NCBI GenBank assembly: GCA_009103225.1
Contig: RHPI01000772.1
Location: 379,810 to 443,809 of the forward strand
Length of the DNA stretch: 64,000 nt
Source: Chlorokybus atmophyticus
Taxonomy: Eukaryota > Plantae > Mesostigma and Chlorokybus algae
Direction: 5' to 3'
Below the pieces are notes generated by a model. The model was not told where the DNA came from. It worked only from the letters and a program-made list of their open reading frames with translations, and ran no database searches. The translations under genes and the position numbers were made by a program. This document shows, in pieces, positions 37,274-48,776 of the stretch (its first letter is position 1; the number at the start of each line of letters is the position of its first letter).

Positions 37274-39792
37274 ATGACGCAAAGTGCGCTGTGGAAGCAC
37301 GTCGACATAATAGAGAGAAAGCCTCATGGCAACTTTCGTGTGAGGTGTGTTTATTGCGAGCACGAGTGGACAGGAAGTGTTTCACGTATTGGTGCCCATC
37401 TGAGTGGTGAACGTGGAGTCACCAAGTGCACAACCCCTCCCGAGGAGATCGTCTTGCAACTTACACAAGCCAAGAAAGACAAGGAGAAAGAGGGTGAGAA
37501 GAGGAGGAGGTTGGACTTGCTAGATCAACTCACATCCGCCATTGGGGATGCTGGTGCAGGTACTTGAATGCATGCGTGCATGCATTGAAGCTTGGCAAGC
37601 AGTGGTGCTGCTCATCACGCATCAAATCAATCACATTGTGCTATAGATTCAAGCGCCACCGTTCCTTCTAGTCAACAACAAACTCTTGATGCAACTTTCA
37701 AGCGTGGGGATAAAGCGCATGTGGATGAAGCCATTGCTCGGTTTTTCTTCAGCAATGGCATCCCCTTCAACGTGGCAAGGTCCCCTTACTTTATCGCAGC
37801 AATGAAAGCGGTTGGCAAGTTTGGCGCTTCATATACCCCTCCCTCATCCGAGGCGCTTCGCACAACCTTGTTGGAAAAGGAGTATGCTAGGGTGAATGGC
37901 GAACTTGCAGTCATCAAGGACTCAACACGAGAAACCTCATGCACAATTGCTAGCGATGGATGGTCGGACACGTCCAACCGTCCATTGTTGAATGTGCTCA
38001 TGGTGAGTCCTAAAGGAGAAGTTTTTCTTCAAGCAATCAACACGGAAGGGAAGGAGAAGACGGCGGAGTATGTATCCGAGCAGCTGATCTCCACCATTGA
38101 TGAAGTAAGTGGTGCACTCGTTCATTGCCATTATAGATTGTGTACACAACCATGCTAAGTAACACATGCAAGCACTGACTGGCAGCACTTTATGAGCACA
38201 TGCATCACACGCGCATGCTCATGCTCGCACCCGACACAAGTACGCATGCGTGTGACACATGCATGCACTGACTGGCAGCACTTTGTGAGCACATGCATTA
38301 CACGCGCATGCTCATGCTCGCACACAACACAAGTACTTATGCGTGTGACACATGCACGCACTGACTGGCAGCACTTTGTGAGCACATGCATCACACACGC
38401 ATGCTCATACACGCACACAACACAAGTACTTATGTGTGTAACTTGCAGGTGGGGTCCGCGAATGTGATACAAGTTGTCATGGACAATGCAAGCGTGTGCG
38501 TAGCTGCTGCACGTCTGATCACTAGCGAATACCCGCACATCACATGGACGCCGTGCACCGCGCATTGCTTGGACTTATTGCTTGAGGATATAGGCAAGTT
38601 GGAGTGGGTTAAAAGCGTGGTGGCTGATGGCAAACGCATAGTGAAGTTCATTACCAACCACCATCGTTCCTTGGCCATCTTCCGCTCCAAAGCCAAGCTA
38701 GAGCTGCTCAAGCCAGGTGAAATAGCATGCGTGCATGTGTGTAGTTAGAGATCAACTTAGTACAAGCGCAAGATTAATGGTAGACAGCAACCATGTGAAA
38801 TTGCAGCTGATTGCCCGCGCATGCATGCATGCTCATGTCATGCGCGTGCTTGTTTGCTCATAGCTACTTGTTGTGCAGGAGATACTCGCTTCGCAACGTC
38901 ATTCATAACTCTTGCAAGGCTAGTCGAGGTCAAAGACGCTCTCGACGAGGTGGTGGTGAGCAGGGACTGGAAGGCTTGGGCCGACAAGGGTGTGCATAAG
39001 CAAGAAGCTGCTGCAGTCAGAGCGTTGATCTTGGCACCAGATTTCTGGTCACAAGTGGCATTAGTGAATGCGGTGTCGGCCCCCATCGTGGATCTGCTGC
39101 GTTTGGTTGATGGGAACTTGCCCACCATAGGCAAAGTGTACGCCAAGATGTTTCGTGTTGGCGACCAGCTCAAGCATCTGAAGGGCATGACTGAACAACA
39201 ACGACTTGATGTGCGCGCCTGTTGGAGGGACAGGTGGATCATGCTGCATAGTGACATGCATGCAGCAGGCTATGTGCTGGATCCCGAATATTGGGGTCAT
39301 GAGCAGCACACCAATGAGGAAGTTATGGAAGGCTTTGCAACGATGGTGGAGAGGGTCCTGCAGTCCCATGACAAGGTTGACTTGGCGTTGCAACAGCTAC
39401 ACATGTACCGAAGTAAGATGGGGCTGTTCGGCAAAGAGGCAGTGCAACGAGCGGCTCTCACAATGCCCGCGCATGCTTGGTGGCACATGTATGGTGGTAG
39501 TGTACCCGAGTTGCAGCAGCTAGCGATGCGCGTGTTGGCTCAACCATCATCAGCTTGTAGCTGTGAGAGATCCTGGAGCACGTACGACTTCATCCACTCA
39601 AAGAGAAGGAATCGGCTGCAAGCACGCAGGGCAGAGAAGTTGGTGTTTGTCTTCACCAACTTGAGGCAGCTGAAGAAGATCCACAACCCACATTATGTGC
39701 AGGAGTTTGTTGAGTGGGAGGCAGACTCTGATGTGGACGTGTTGTCTAGTAATGATGATGAGGGGGGCGAGTCTGATGATTACTCGGTGTAA
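37274..39792 (+). CDS. hAT transposase (BED zinc finger, DUF659-type core, hAT dimerisation domain), 4 exons, ~641 aa, intact
   Basis: Exons 37274-37559, 37647-38104, 38449-38716, 38879-39792, phases consistent, no stops. WKHV..CVYC..W..RIGAHL; SDGWSD; DNAS; CTAHCLDL; TRFAT; SSACSCERSWSTY..KRRNRL. Confidence 0.92.
38173..38440. repeat. 93-bp minisatellite (~2.9 copies) in transposase intron 2
   Basis: cactgactggcagcacttt at 38173, 38266 and 38359. Confidence 0.9.
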
Positions 39793-41339
39793 CTAGGCAG
39801 ACACATGTGATGGGCTATGTCTGCACACATGCTTCGCTGTAACATAGTGTTCTCTGCTCATTGTTTACTGTTGTGCACATGTACGCAAGTAGCATGCTTG
39901 ATGCTCGTGAAGCAACACGACAAAACTGCCACTGTAGCGTACTGCCACGTACTGGCATAAATGGGTACATGTATGTACGCGTACACCACCGCTCACGTAC
40001 TAAACGCGTGCTGTGTACCATGTGACCATGGTTTCAAGCCTCTAGGTCTGGTTGGCTAGCAGAGAAGCAATCTCCTCATCCATTGCCTTCTTCCAAAGAT
40101 CTGCGTCAGCACCTGCAAGCGCCTCCTCATATGTGCTAGGCTCCTTTAAGCCCCCCAAGTGCCTCCGATGCAGCCATGGCTTGGTTGATCAATCTCTTCG
40201 GCTCCCGCCTCATGCCAAGGATACCTCCTCTCCTGCTCTTGAGACTGATGGTGCTGGTGTTGGTCTGCAATGGTGACAGGAGCTGAAGTGCTTTTGTTGC
40301 CTTGGCCTGAAGACCTTAAGACCTAGTCCGAAACACTGCCAGGAACCTGGTATAGACTCGGTTCTAAAGGCTCAGCGCCTTCTAGGGTGTTGTCAACACT
40401 TAAAACTCCAGCTCCTACTTCTCCCTCAGCAAAACTCACATTACGACTCACCACAACCTTCTTGGTCTCATCCAGCAAGACCCTCCACGCCTTTGAACCA
40501 ATCTCATACCCCACGAACACGCCGCGCCGGCTAACTTTGGTCAGCTTGTGTCGTTGCTGCTTAGGTACGTGGACAAAGGCAGTAGAAGCAAAGACCCTCA
40601 GCATGCTCACATCAGACCTTGCGCCCGTGAAGAGCTCCCACAGAGTCTTGGCTTCCGAACGCACGGGGGAACGGTTGCGCACAAAGTTTGCAGCCAGCAT
40701 GGGTTTGTGGGAGTGTTGCTCGTACCCACAAGTGCATTGCTAGCAGGGGGTTTGGGCCAGCCCCTTGCGGCTCTGCTTGCTGATGCTTACTTGTTGCTTG
40801 TTGGTTGCTAACGGCAAGCATAGCATTTGCTCCACATGATTGTAGCATGCGTGTGGAATCACTGCATATTTTTAAAGTATATTGCACAGTCCACCTTCGC
40901 TGTTGTCATATCCGTAGATAGACCAACCCGCCATGTGTCAGACGAAAATGTCAAGCGACTGATGTCCGCTTGCTCCCATGCCTTGCTGCACGCACAAAAT
41001 CCAGCCCGCATAGTGTAGCTACATTATGCAACACACAGTTAGCGGCTGGCTGTGTATTGCGTGTGATTATACTGGCTCATAGCCAAGTTGTTGCCGTCTT
41101 GCTTGTTTGCACGGGTTTGTGGCCTGTGTTCTACCCTATACATGTACCGTACTGCCACGAAGTACTCGTTGTGTTTTTGTTTGACCTTCTGTCATGTGGT
41201 AAAAAGGCATCAAGCATGGTGCTGTGGCTGTCAACGAATAAAACACACTCAAACACTTTGTATCAGTACGGACAGTGCCCAGGAGTCCAGGGAGGAAGGC
41301 ACGCGCGGTACTGGAGCACGGTCACATGTGGTATGCACA

Positions 41340-41830
41340 TGTACTTACATCCGTATATGTGTATATATGCATATATGTGTATATATGTATAGGCAAAGAC
41401 TGTATATACGTTGCATGATGTATATGTGTATTAATAATATACACATGTGAGTAAAGTCCATACATAATATAGACATGAAGAGGTTTATGCATAAATAGTA
41501 TACGTATGTATATTGTACATATGTTTATTATACATAAGTATATTGTATTTTTTAAAAACATGCATGTGTGTGAGATGATATGTTTAATGCTGATGTACAT
41601 ATGTATTATAAGCATGTATGTATTGTGTACATATATTATTGCAAGCAAGTATTTAAGTTGTAAGATTCTTTTACCACATATGTACTTGAAACTCAATACA
41701 TGCCATAATTTCATTTGCAATGGGTCACTTGCACAATAGCTAAATGTAAGCAGGTACGTATCTGTATGAACATACCATGATCATTATGGTCATCACATAC
41801 ACCCTGTATATTATGCAAAAATATAGGCAT
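41340..41830. repeat. AT-rich low-complexity (TA/TG/CA) tract
   Basis: Direct reading; ORFs called here are compositional artefacts. Confidence 0.7.
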
Positions 41831-42450
41831 TAGTGCGAAACATAATGAAGTTGCTTAACACCATGAAGTTGCACACCAGCTGCAAAGACCTCATCAAGAG
41901 CCATCGTTTGCGCCTACTTTCATCACAAACTGTGACCGTATGAGAGATTAACCTGGCGTTAACATTAACCTATTAACCACTAACCGGCCCCTGCAGGTGG
42001 TTAATGCCCAACACTGGTGGGTGGCGAAAGGAAGTTTGGGGCGCAGGGTGCGGTGGTGGCTGTCTGTGCATGCTGAGTTGGGGGGCGAGGGGCGCTGATG
42101 TGACACGTTGCCTGCCTGCCTGCTTGCAACGCCCGGAGCCTCTGCGGACGCCAGCAGAGTGTAGGTGCGTTGATAGAAGCAGAGTGAGTGCCGTGCTGCT
42201 GGCTGCTGCGCTGCTGTTGCTCTCTCTCTCTCGCTTTCTCTCTCTCTCTCTGTCTCTCTCTCTCTCTGCTGGTGCCTAGCTCCGCGCATGTTGACCCCCG
42301 CACTGCGTGCTTAGTTGTGATTGTGAGCTCTCTGCAGTTGCCCGTCTGTGTGCACGCCCGCACTCATTTCACCCCTCACTTCTTTCAGCAAGAAGCGTGT
42401 GTGGAGGACCTTGCGGCTCTGACGCGACAACAGGGAGTGCGCAGGCAAGC

Positions 42451-45400
42451 ATGGCGCTGATGCGCGTGGCGGCGGCGCTGCTGTTTTTGCTCGTCCAGCT
42501 CCTCACTGCTGGTGAGAAGAACTGCGAGGCATTGCGTGTGCCTCGTACTTCTGGTCTTGGCCAGTCCGGTTTGGTGGCAAAGTGAATGCATGCACAAGTG
42601 CAGTTTAAGAAATGGATGAAGCTTGATGGCGTGTCTGGCCAACACTCTGGCAGCATTGTGGCAAGGTTGTAGTACTTCTGTCCGAGTGCATTCATCGATG
42701 GCAGCAATTAACATGACACAGAGAGGCGACATGCATGAAACATGGACATGCACTTGAGCATGAACATTCAAACCCCCCCTCCTTTCCCTCCTCGTCACAG
42801 GAAAAGAAGGAGGCTTTCTCTCTTTGCATGTGTGCAGTGTGTTGGCTTTCTTCTTGTATTGCACCAGTTGCTAGCCACGCTTTCTGATGCTAACAACTTG
42901 AACTATGTGTTGTGCAGCTGCCACGGCTGTAATTTCTGGACGACTGTTCTGCGACATGTGCAACAGCGGCATCCTAGTCCCCATCTCGCGCGGCGAGGTA
43001 TGCTTCGGTGCTAAGGGCAGGCAAGTCCCCTCAGCAATGGGTGGCCAGGACCAACTGAGTCAAGGCTCTCTATGTCCACACGTTTGCAACATGTGTCTCC
43101 CTACATGTGCGAGGGAGAGAGCCCAATCACTTCTAGTTGATATATCATGCGTGTGCAGGTGGTGCTGAACTGCACGACGTATGTCCGTATCAAGGGCGAT
43201 AATGATTTTTCTTCTTATTCTGAACTCCATGCGGTGTTGTTGCAGTCCAGCCAATCGACGATTACAAATGCAGATGGCACATTTAGCTTCCCCAATGTCT
43301 ATATGATAGACCAATATGTCGAACGCGTGAAAAACACCTCCGTGCTGCCTTATTATGACGACTATGATGTCATTGTGGACTTTCCAGTGTACTGCGACGT
43401 GTATGTCCCTGCATCAGCGCCATGCACTGCTGCGGCCATAGCGTACCCTATCAGCAACAACGTTACCTGCACAAACCGGCAAGGACGCTACTCTTATGAC
43501 TCTGCCTCAGGCCTCGCCTCTGTGAACGATCCACAGGATGCCTCCACTTATGCCCTTGGCAACTTTTGCCTTGCGCCGGCGCAAACACCTGTACCGCCGA
43601 CGTGCCCATCCCTTCCGCTGCGCCCTCGCTGCGGCGGCTGTTCTACACCAAGTCCGTCCCCGCCGGCAAGCAAGCGTATGATGCCGCCCCGACGAGTTTG
43701 GAAGGAGGTTGGAGATTGCCTTTTGGAACGATGCAACTGGCCGTAGTGTGACGGTGCTTGAAGCCTGCACCTACCCTTACTCTCCCCACAGCGTGGAAGC
43801 TATCGGTAGTAGCTATGACGGTTACGCTGGCAACCTTCAAGTCGTAGGAGGTACGTGTATGAGAGACACAGATGTGCGCAAATGAAACAATGCCAGGATG
43901 CCTGCTTGAACCTTGAGCGTATGCAATGGCAGAGAACCTCAACTTCTTGGGGCGCAACTGCTCCACTCGCGCCGTGGGGGTGTTTAGCAAGCCTGCGGCA
44001 TGGCATCCTGACCGCTACCAGCGCAGCTCGCGCTTTGCTCAACCCGTTCTCATCAATTCCAACTACACTTACTACAATACGTTTGCTGTTAATGTGGATG
44101 GTGAGACAGCTTGCTCGGGAGAGTGCAAGGGAGCGCGATGCATTGTACAGGCATCTCATGGCTCTCTTGTGGTGATGCAGATAGCGGAAAGGAGTACGTG
44201 TACTTTGCGGGTTGATATCCGGCTGGAGATGGCATCTCGGATGTCACGCATTTTGCCGTACAGACTGCCACCTGGCCCGAGACGGTCGTCCTGGATGTGT
44301 ATGAAGATTACCAGTACACAGGCGAAAGAAGCCCAGGATATGGATGGGATGCGTTGCACAGCATTTTTGTCGATTCCTCAGGTGCGTGTGTGACAGCACA
44401 GATGCAAAAGTGTGTCATTCACCATGCTTGTGAGCAACTGCTGGTAGTATTGCTTTTGTGTAGCGGATCCTTAGAATGCAGAAGGGAGGGAAGCGGGCAT
44501 TGGGAGAGAGGAAATGTGGGCACCCACGGAGGGGCACGGGGTGGGGCTGCTAAGAAGAAGTCCCCACCCTCATCTCCAACCGTGATGGCTGCGTGCTTGC
44601 GCACATGCACACCCACACGCGCATACACCCTCAAGCTCACGCTTAGGCCTACACGCGCGCACTTGCAAGCGCGCACATGTGCACGGGCGCAAATGCGCAC
44701 ACAGTTACGCGTGCACGCACATTCACAAATACACACCCATGTGCACACGCACGCACACTCACATGTGCACACGCTCACCCCCTNNNNNNNNNNNNNNNNN
44801 NNNNNNNNNNNNNNNNNNNNNNNNNNNNNNNNNNNNNNNNNNNNNNNNNNNNNNNNNNNNNNNNNNNNNNNNNNNNNNNNNNNNNNNNNNNNNNNNNNNN
44901 NNNNNNNNNNNNNNNNNNNNNNNNNNNNNNNNNNNNNNNNNNNNNNNNNNNNNNNNNNNNNNNNNNNNNNNNNNNNNNNNNNNNNNNNNNNNNNNNNNNN
45001 NNNNNNNNNNNNNNNNNNNNNNNNNNNNNNNNNNNNNNNNNNNNNNNNNNNNNNNNNNNNNNNNNNNNNNNNNNNNNNNNNNNNNNNNNNNNNNNNNNNN
45101 NNNNNNNNNNNNNNNNNNNNNNNNNNNNNNNNNNNNNNNNNNNNNNNNNNNNNNNNNNNNNNNNNNNNNNNNNNNNNNNNNNNNNNNNNNNNNNNNNNNN
45201 NNNNNNNNNNNNNNNNNNNNNNNNNNNNNNNNNNNNNNNNNNNNNNNNNNNNNNNNNNNNNNNNNNNNNNNNNNNNNNNNNNNNNNNNNNNNNNNNNNNN
45301 NNNNNNNNNNNNNNNNNNNNNNNNNNNNNNNNNNNNNNNNNNNNNNNNNNNNNNNNNNNNNNNNNNNNNNNNNNNNNNNNNNNNNNNNNNNNNNNNNNNN

Positions 45401-45911
45401 NNNNNNNNNNNNNNNNNNNNNNNNNNNNNNNNNNNNNNNNNNNNNNNNNNNNNNNNNNNNNNNNNNNNNNNNNNNNNNNNNNNNNNNNNNNNNNNNNNNN
45501 NNNNNNNNNNNNNNNNNNNNNNNNNNNNNNNNNNNNNNNNNNNNNNNNNNNNNNNNNNNNNNNNNNNNNNNNNNNNNNNNNNNNNNNNNNNNNNNNGCCC
45601 CCCCCCCCCCTCCTGCGTTCCACCATGCGCTCTCACCCTCCCCTCTTACATCTACAAATGTTAACGCAGACTACCTTTTCTTCAGCGCAATGAACGTGTT
45701 GAACTTCGACAGCAGCGATGCAACCCGTGGGCCCATGGAATTGTTACAGCTGGTGGGCAAGGCGGAGCTTGACGCTTGTCTTGCAGTTTCTGGCAGCAGC
45801 GATGAAGACAAGCGCAAGCCGTGTGCTGCGACAGGGGTTGCCACTCGTGGCAACCGTCCCGTGCACATTGTGACTCCCCCCACGGGCGGCAGCATCGCCC
45901 TGTTCTATTAG
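42451..45911 (+). pseudogene. Secreted multi-exon protein, copy A (signal peptide, Ole e 1/prealbumin-like N-terminus), disrupted
   Basis: Exon 1 MALMRVAAALLFLLVQLLTA; exon 2 VISGRLFCDMCNSG; TITNADGTFSF; frameshifting ~124-bp insert at 43573-43700; TGA at 44213-44215 where copy B reads LYP; N gap 44784-45596; last exon ends GGSIALFY*. Confidence 0.65.
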
Positions 45912-48027
45912 CTGATGGTGAGCGCATGCTCCCTCGTGCACATTTGTCTGCGTGGTCTGACAAATGCAAGTGTTTGCAGGGGATGAGTGGACAACCATGC
46001 CTCCATCATGTCAACCGCTAAAGGCTGGCCTTAGCGTGTAGGCAACCGTGTATGCAACCAAGTCATACATGGTGTGTTGCATGCTAGTCGCCTCCTTGCC
46101 CTACAAGCGTTATGCCTCCAGAAACAAATGTTTCACAAAGTGCATGCAATCATGCATGCAAAAGCAAGCATGCGTGTGTCCGTGTGTGCGGGAGGGGGGA
46201 AAGGGGGGGAGGGGCATACCTGAGGTAAGCTAGGCCAGGTGCATTCGCGACGGCAAGGGCAAAGAGCACCGCCGAAGCAGCAGCAGGTGTGAGACCGTAA
46301 TCATGGCTGCACGCAGCCCCACTGCAGACTGCAGAGCAAGCAAGCATTAGCATGAAGGCGGGACAGCAAACACAAATGCACACAAGCGACACTGTATTAT
46401 ATACATGTGATCTCTTTCTATCGACAGCAAGCATACATACGCCTAATGGAGTGTCGTGGCATTAAAGTCCCCATCGGACATGACCACATGTCCACCACTT
46501 GTTTGTATATGCAATGCTTGTGTGGCAGCACATTATAATAGTGTCAGATGAGAGTGCCAGGGGTGGCTGATAGACTCTCAATTGTCTGCGCATACATGTG
46601 GCGTCATGGTGCCATTTCCTCACACTTTGCTTGGCCATGGGTCACATCTTAGAAGGACTGCAAACACCATGGGTTCACACAAATAGGGTGATTCCGCAGG
46701 CATCGTGTAATCTTGAGTGCTGTGCTGATGGCCGTTGCTCTACATCCGATCGCCTGCAGCTTGACAGTGCCATCAGCAGAGCTCACAATTTGCTTTGCGA
46801 CCTTGATCGACGATGTTGCTATGCTCGACGAGCATGGCAGAATCTTCACGGGCGGGCTGAGGATTGACAGCCCTAGTGGGCTGGTCATCGACCACATGGT
46901 GCTGGACCTGCTGCTCTGGCAAGGGCAAACCTGTGATGGCTGCGACGGCGGTACTGGGCAAAGCTCTTCTTATTGGCTGGTTGCAAACTAATTCCCACCT
47001 TAATACCAACTTCCTTGACGAAGACGACAGCCTTTTGTCTGTCCATTGGCATAGCCATATTCTGCCACTAAGGACATCGGCAAGCAAGTCGCCGCCACCA
47101 ACCATAGCGCAGCCGCTCCCTCCGTAAGTTGACAGCCGCATCATGGACAATGCGACTGTCAATTCTTGACTCTATGTACTCACTGGATTTGGCTATATCG
47201 AATTGTGGAATCCGCCGTTCAATTCTTTTTCGTTGCACATCTACGCATAGCCCAATTCTGCGCAAAAATTAGCTAGAAAGCATACAGCTAGGGTAATTCC
47301 GCAGGCATTGTGTAATCTTGGGTGCTGTGCGGATGGCACCGTTGCTCTGCATCCGGTCGGCAGATCAACAGTGCCATCAGCGCAGAGGTTACAATGTGCT
47401 ATGCCCATTATCTAATATGCTTGGATAGATGGTCAGGAGAGAGGATGGGCATGTCTTGAATCCCAGCCTCCGCGCAATCTTAAGTTGAGCTTCTCAACTA
47501 TGAGGTATATCATATATCTTAAACAACACTTGTTTGGTACATGGCAGCATGAGGGATGGGATGGTTGGCCCTGTTAATGCATCAACGTTTATGAATTGAT
47601 GCCCTCACGGGGTCGATCAGCCGGCCGGCAAGAAGTTGGCCCCAGGTGACATTATGCGACAGTATCCTCTCTCGAGTAACTACATCACGAGTAATCGCGA
47701 AAACAGCAAATCCACAGCTAAGAATACCATGTCCTCGTCCAGTCGGGTTTTTGGACGGTTACACCGGCGACCTTGATCTCCGCCAAGGTATTAACGTCAT
47801 GAAATGCAGCACGCGAAATCCACGACGACCGCAAGTTATCTCGCGCAACGTGGAGGCCGCGTTGCCGTGGCTGTGGCGGCGGCGCCTGGTGGCAATAGGC
47901 GCGGTGCCGCTGTCGCAGCACCATGTGTGCACGATCATTCTCTAATGCGGCCAGACAGCAATAACAAGGATGAAACTGGGACTCTCGAACGTTGGATGTG
48001 AGTAACATGTCGTGTAGGGTTTGCCTC

Positions 48028-48776
48028 TGTCACAGCCCACTCGACCACAAAAGACTTGGTGCTCTTATGGTTGATCCGTGGTTATATAATGTACCTTCCC
48101 GTTACATTCCCCCCCACTTAAGAACCGAATGTCACAGCCCACTCGACCACAAAAGACTTGATGCTTTTATGGTCAATTTGTGATTATATAATGTACCTTC
48201 CCGTTACATCCCCCCCCCCCCCCCCCCCNNNNNNNNNNNNNNNNNNNNNNNNNNNNNNNNNNNNNNNNNNNNNNNNNNNNNNNNNNNNNNNNNNNNNNNN
48301 NNNNNNNNNNNNNNNNNNNNCCCCCCCCCCCCCCCACCCACCACTTAAGAACGCTGACGTCCTCGGCAGCTGGCTTCCATCAGCTGGGGAAATATCCCAG
48401 GGGTTTGCTAGGGTCGGCCACTGGTCCCAACGGCAAGGACGGGTTAAATTAGGCCCATACCAGTCAACGCGCGCACACCGCGCAGCTGCGGGCCCCATAT
48501 GTCGCATCGCGACAGGCAGGTCGCGTCCTGCCGCGCCGACTGAACGCCGGCATGACTACCATTAGGCAAGTCGCAACCCATCGATGATGGCACTTACGAA
48601 GTGACCATTTACGATATTATTGGATCGAGAAATAACGACCACGAAATTCGTGTGCAAGGTAGGCATCGAGCCCGGGTCTCAAGCTCCATGACCAATGTCA
48701 CAGCCCACTCGACCACAAAAGACTTGTGGTGCTTTTATGGTCGATTTGTGGTTATATAATGTACCTTCCCGTTACA
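48028..48776 (-). mobile_element. TRIM tandem array (three 79-81-bp LTRs) with perfect 5-bp TSD
   Basis: LTRs 48028-48106, 48130-48208, 48696-48776 (TGTCACA...GTTACA on plus); TSD GCCTC at 48023-48027 and 48777-48781; PBS-like TGGTCATGGAGC on minus; PPT G-run expanded across the N gap 48229-48320. Confidence 0.92.

Larger units (their letters stand above)
36818..40030 (+). mobile_element. Full-length hAT DNA transposon (3213 bp)
   Basis: 16-bp TIR CATGGTCACA(A/T)GGTAC; perfect 8-bp TSD GTTTCAAG at 36810-36817 and 40031-40038; GTACGC-like subterminal motifs at both ends. Confidence 0.97.
34903..40700 (-). mobile_element. Second Ty1/copia element (3' LTR, RH, RT, IN C-terminal part), 5'-truncated, decayed, split by a hAT
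   Basis: LTR 34903-35386 (TGTTGG...CTCAACA on minus), PPT-like ccatgggag; RNase [27 protein letters not shown]; IN ANFVRNRSP. The frame is continuous across the hAT TSD ([21 protein letters not shown]). Confidence 0.9.

Noticed and set aside
38173-38440. CRISPR-like array (also considered for the 79-bp repeats at 48 kb)
   Set aside because: The units are contiguous minisatellite copies or LTRs with no unique spacers, and the context is eukaryotic.
40705-40900. A third copia LTR (gtgggag|TGTTG at ~40713, plus strand)
   Set aside because: The PPT-LTR-like junction is suggestive, but I found no matching LTR end or partner.
44297-45911. 280-455-aa ORFs here and at 53786-55250
   Set aside because: They are open only because they cross N gaps.
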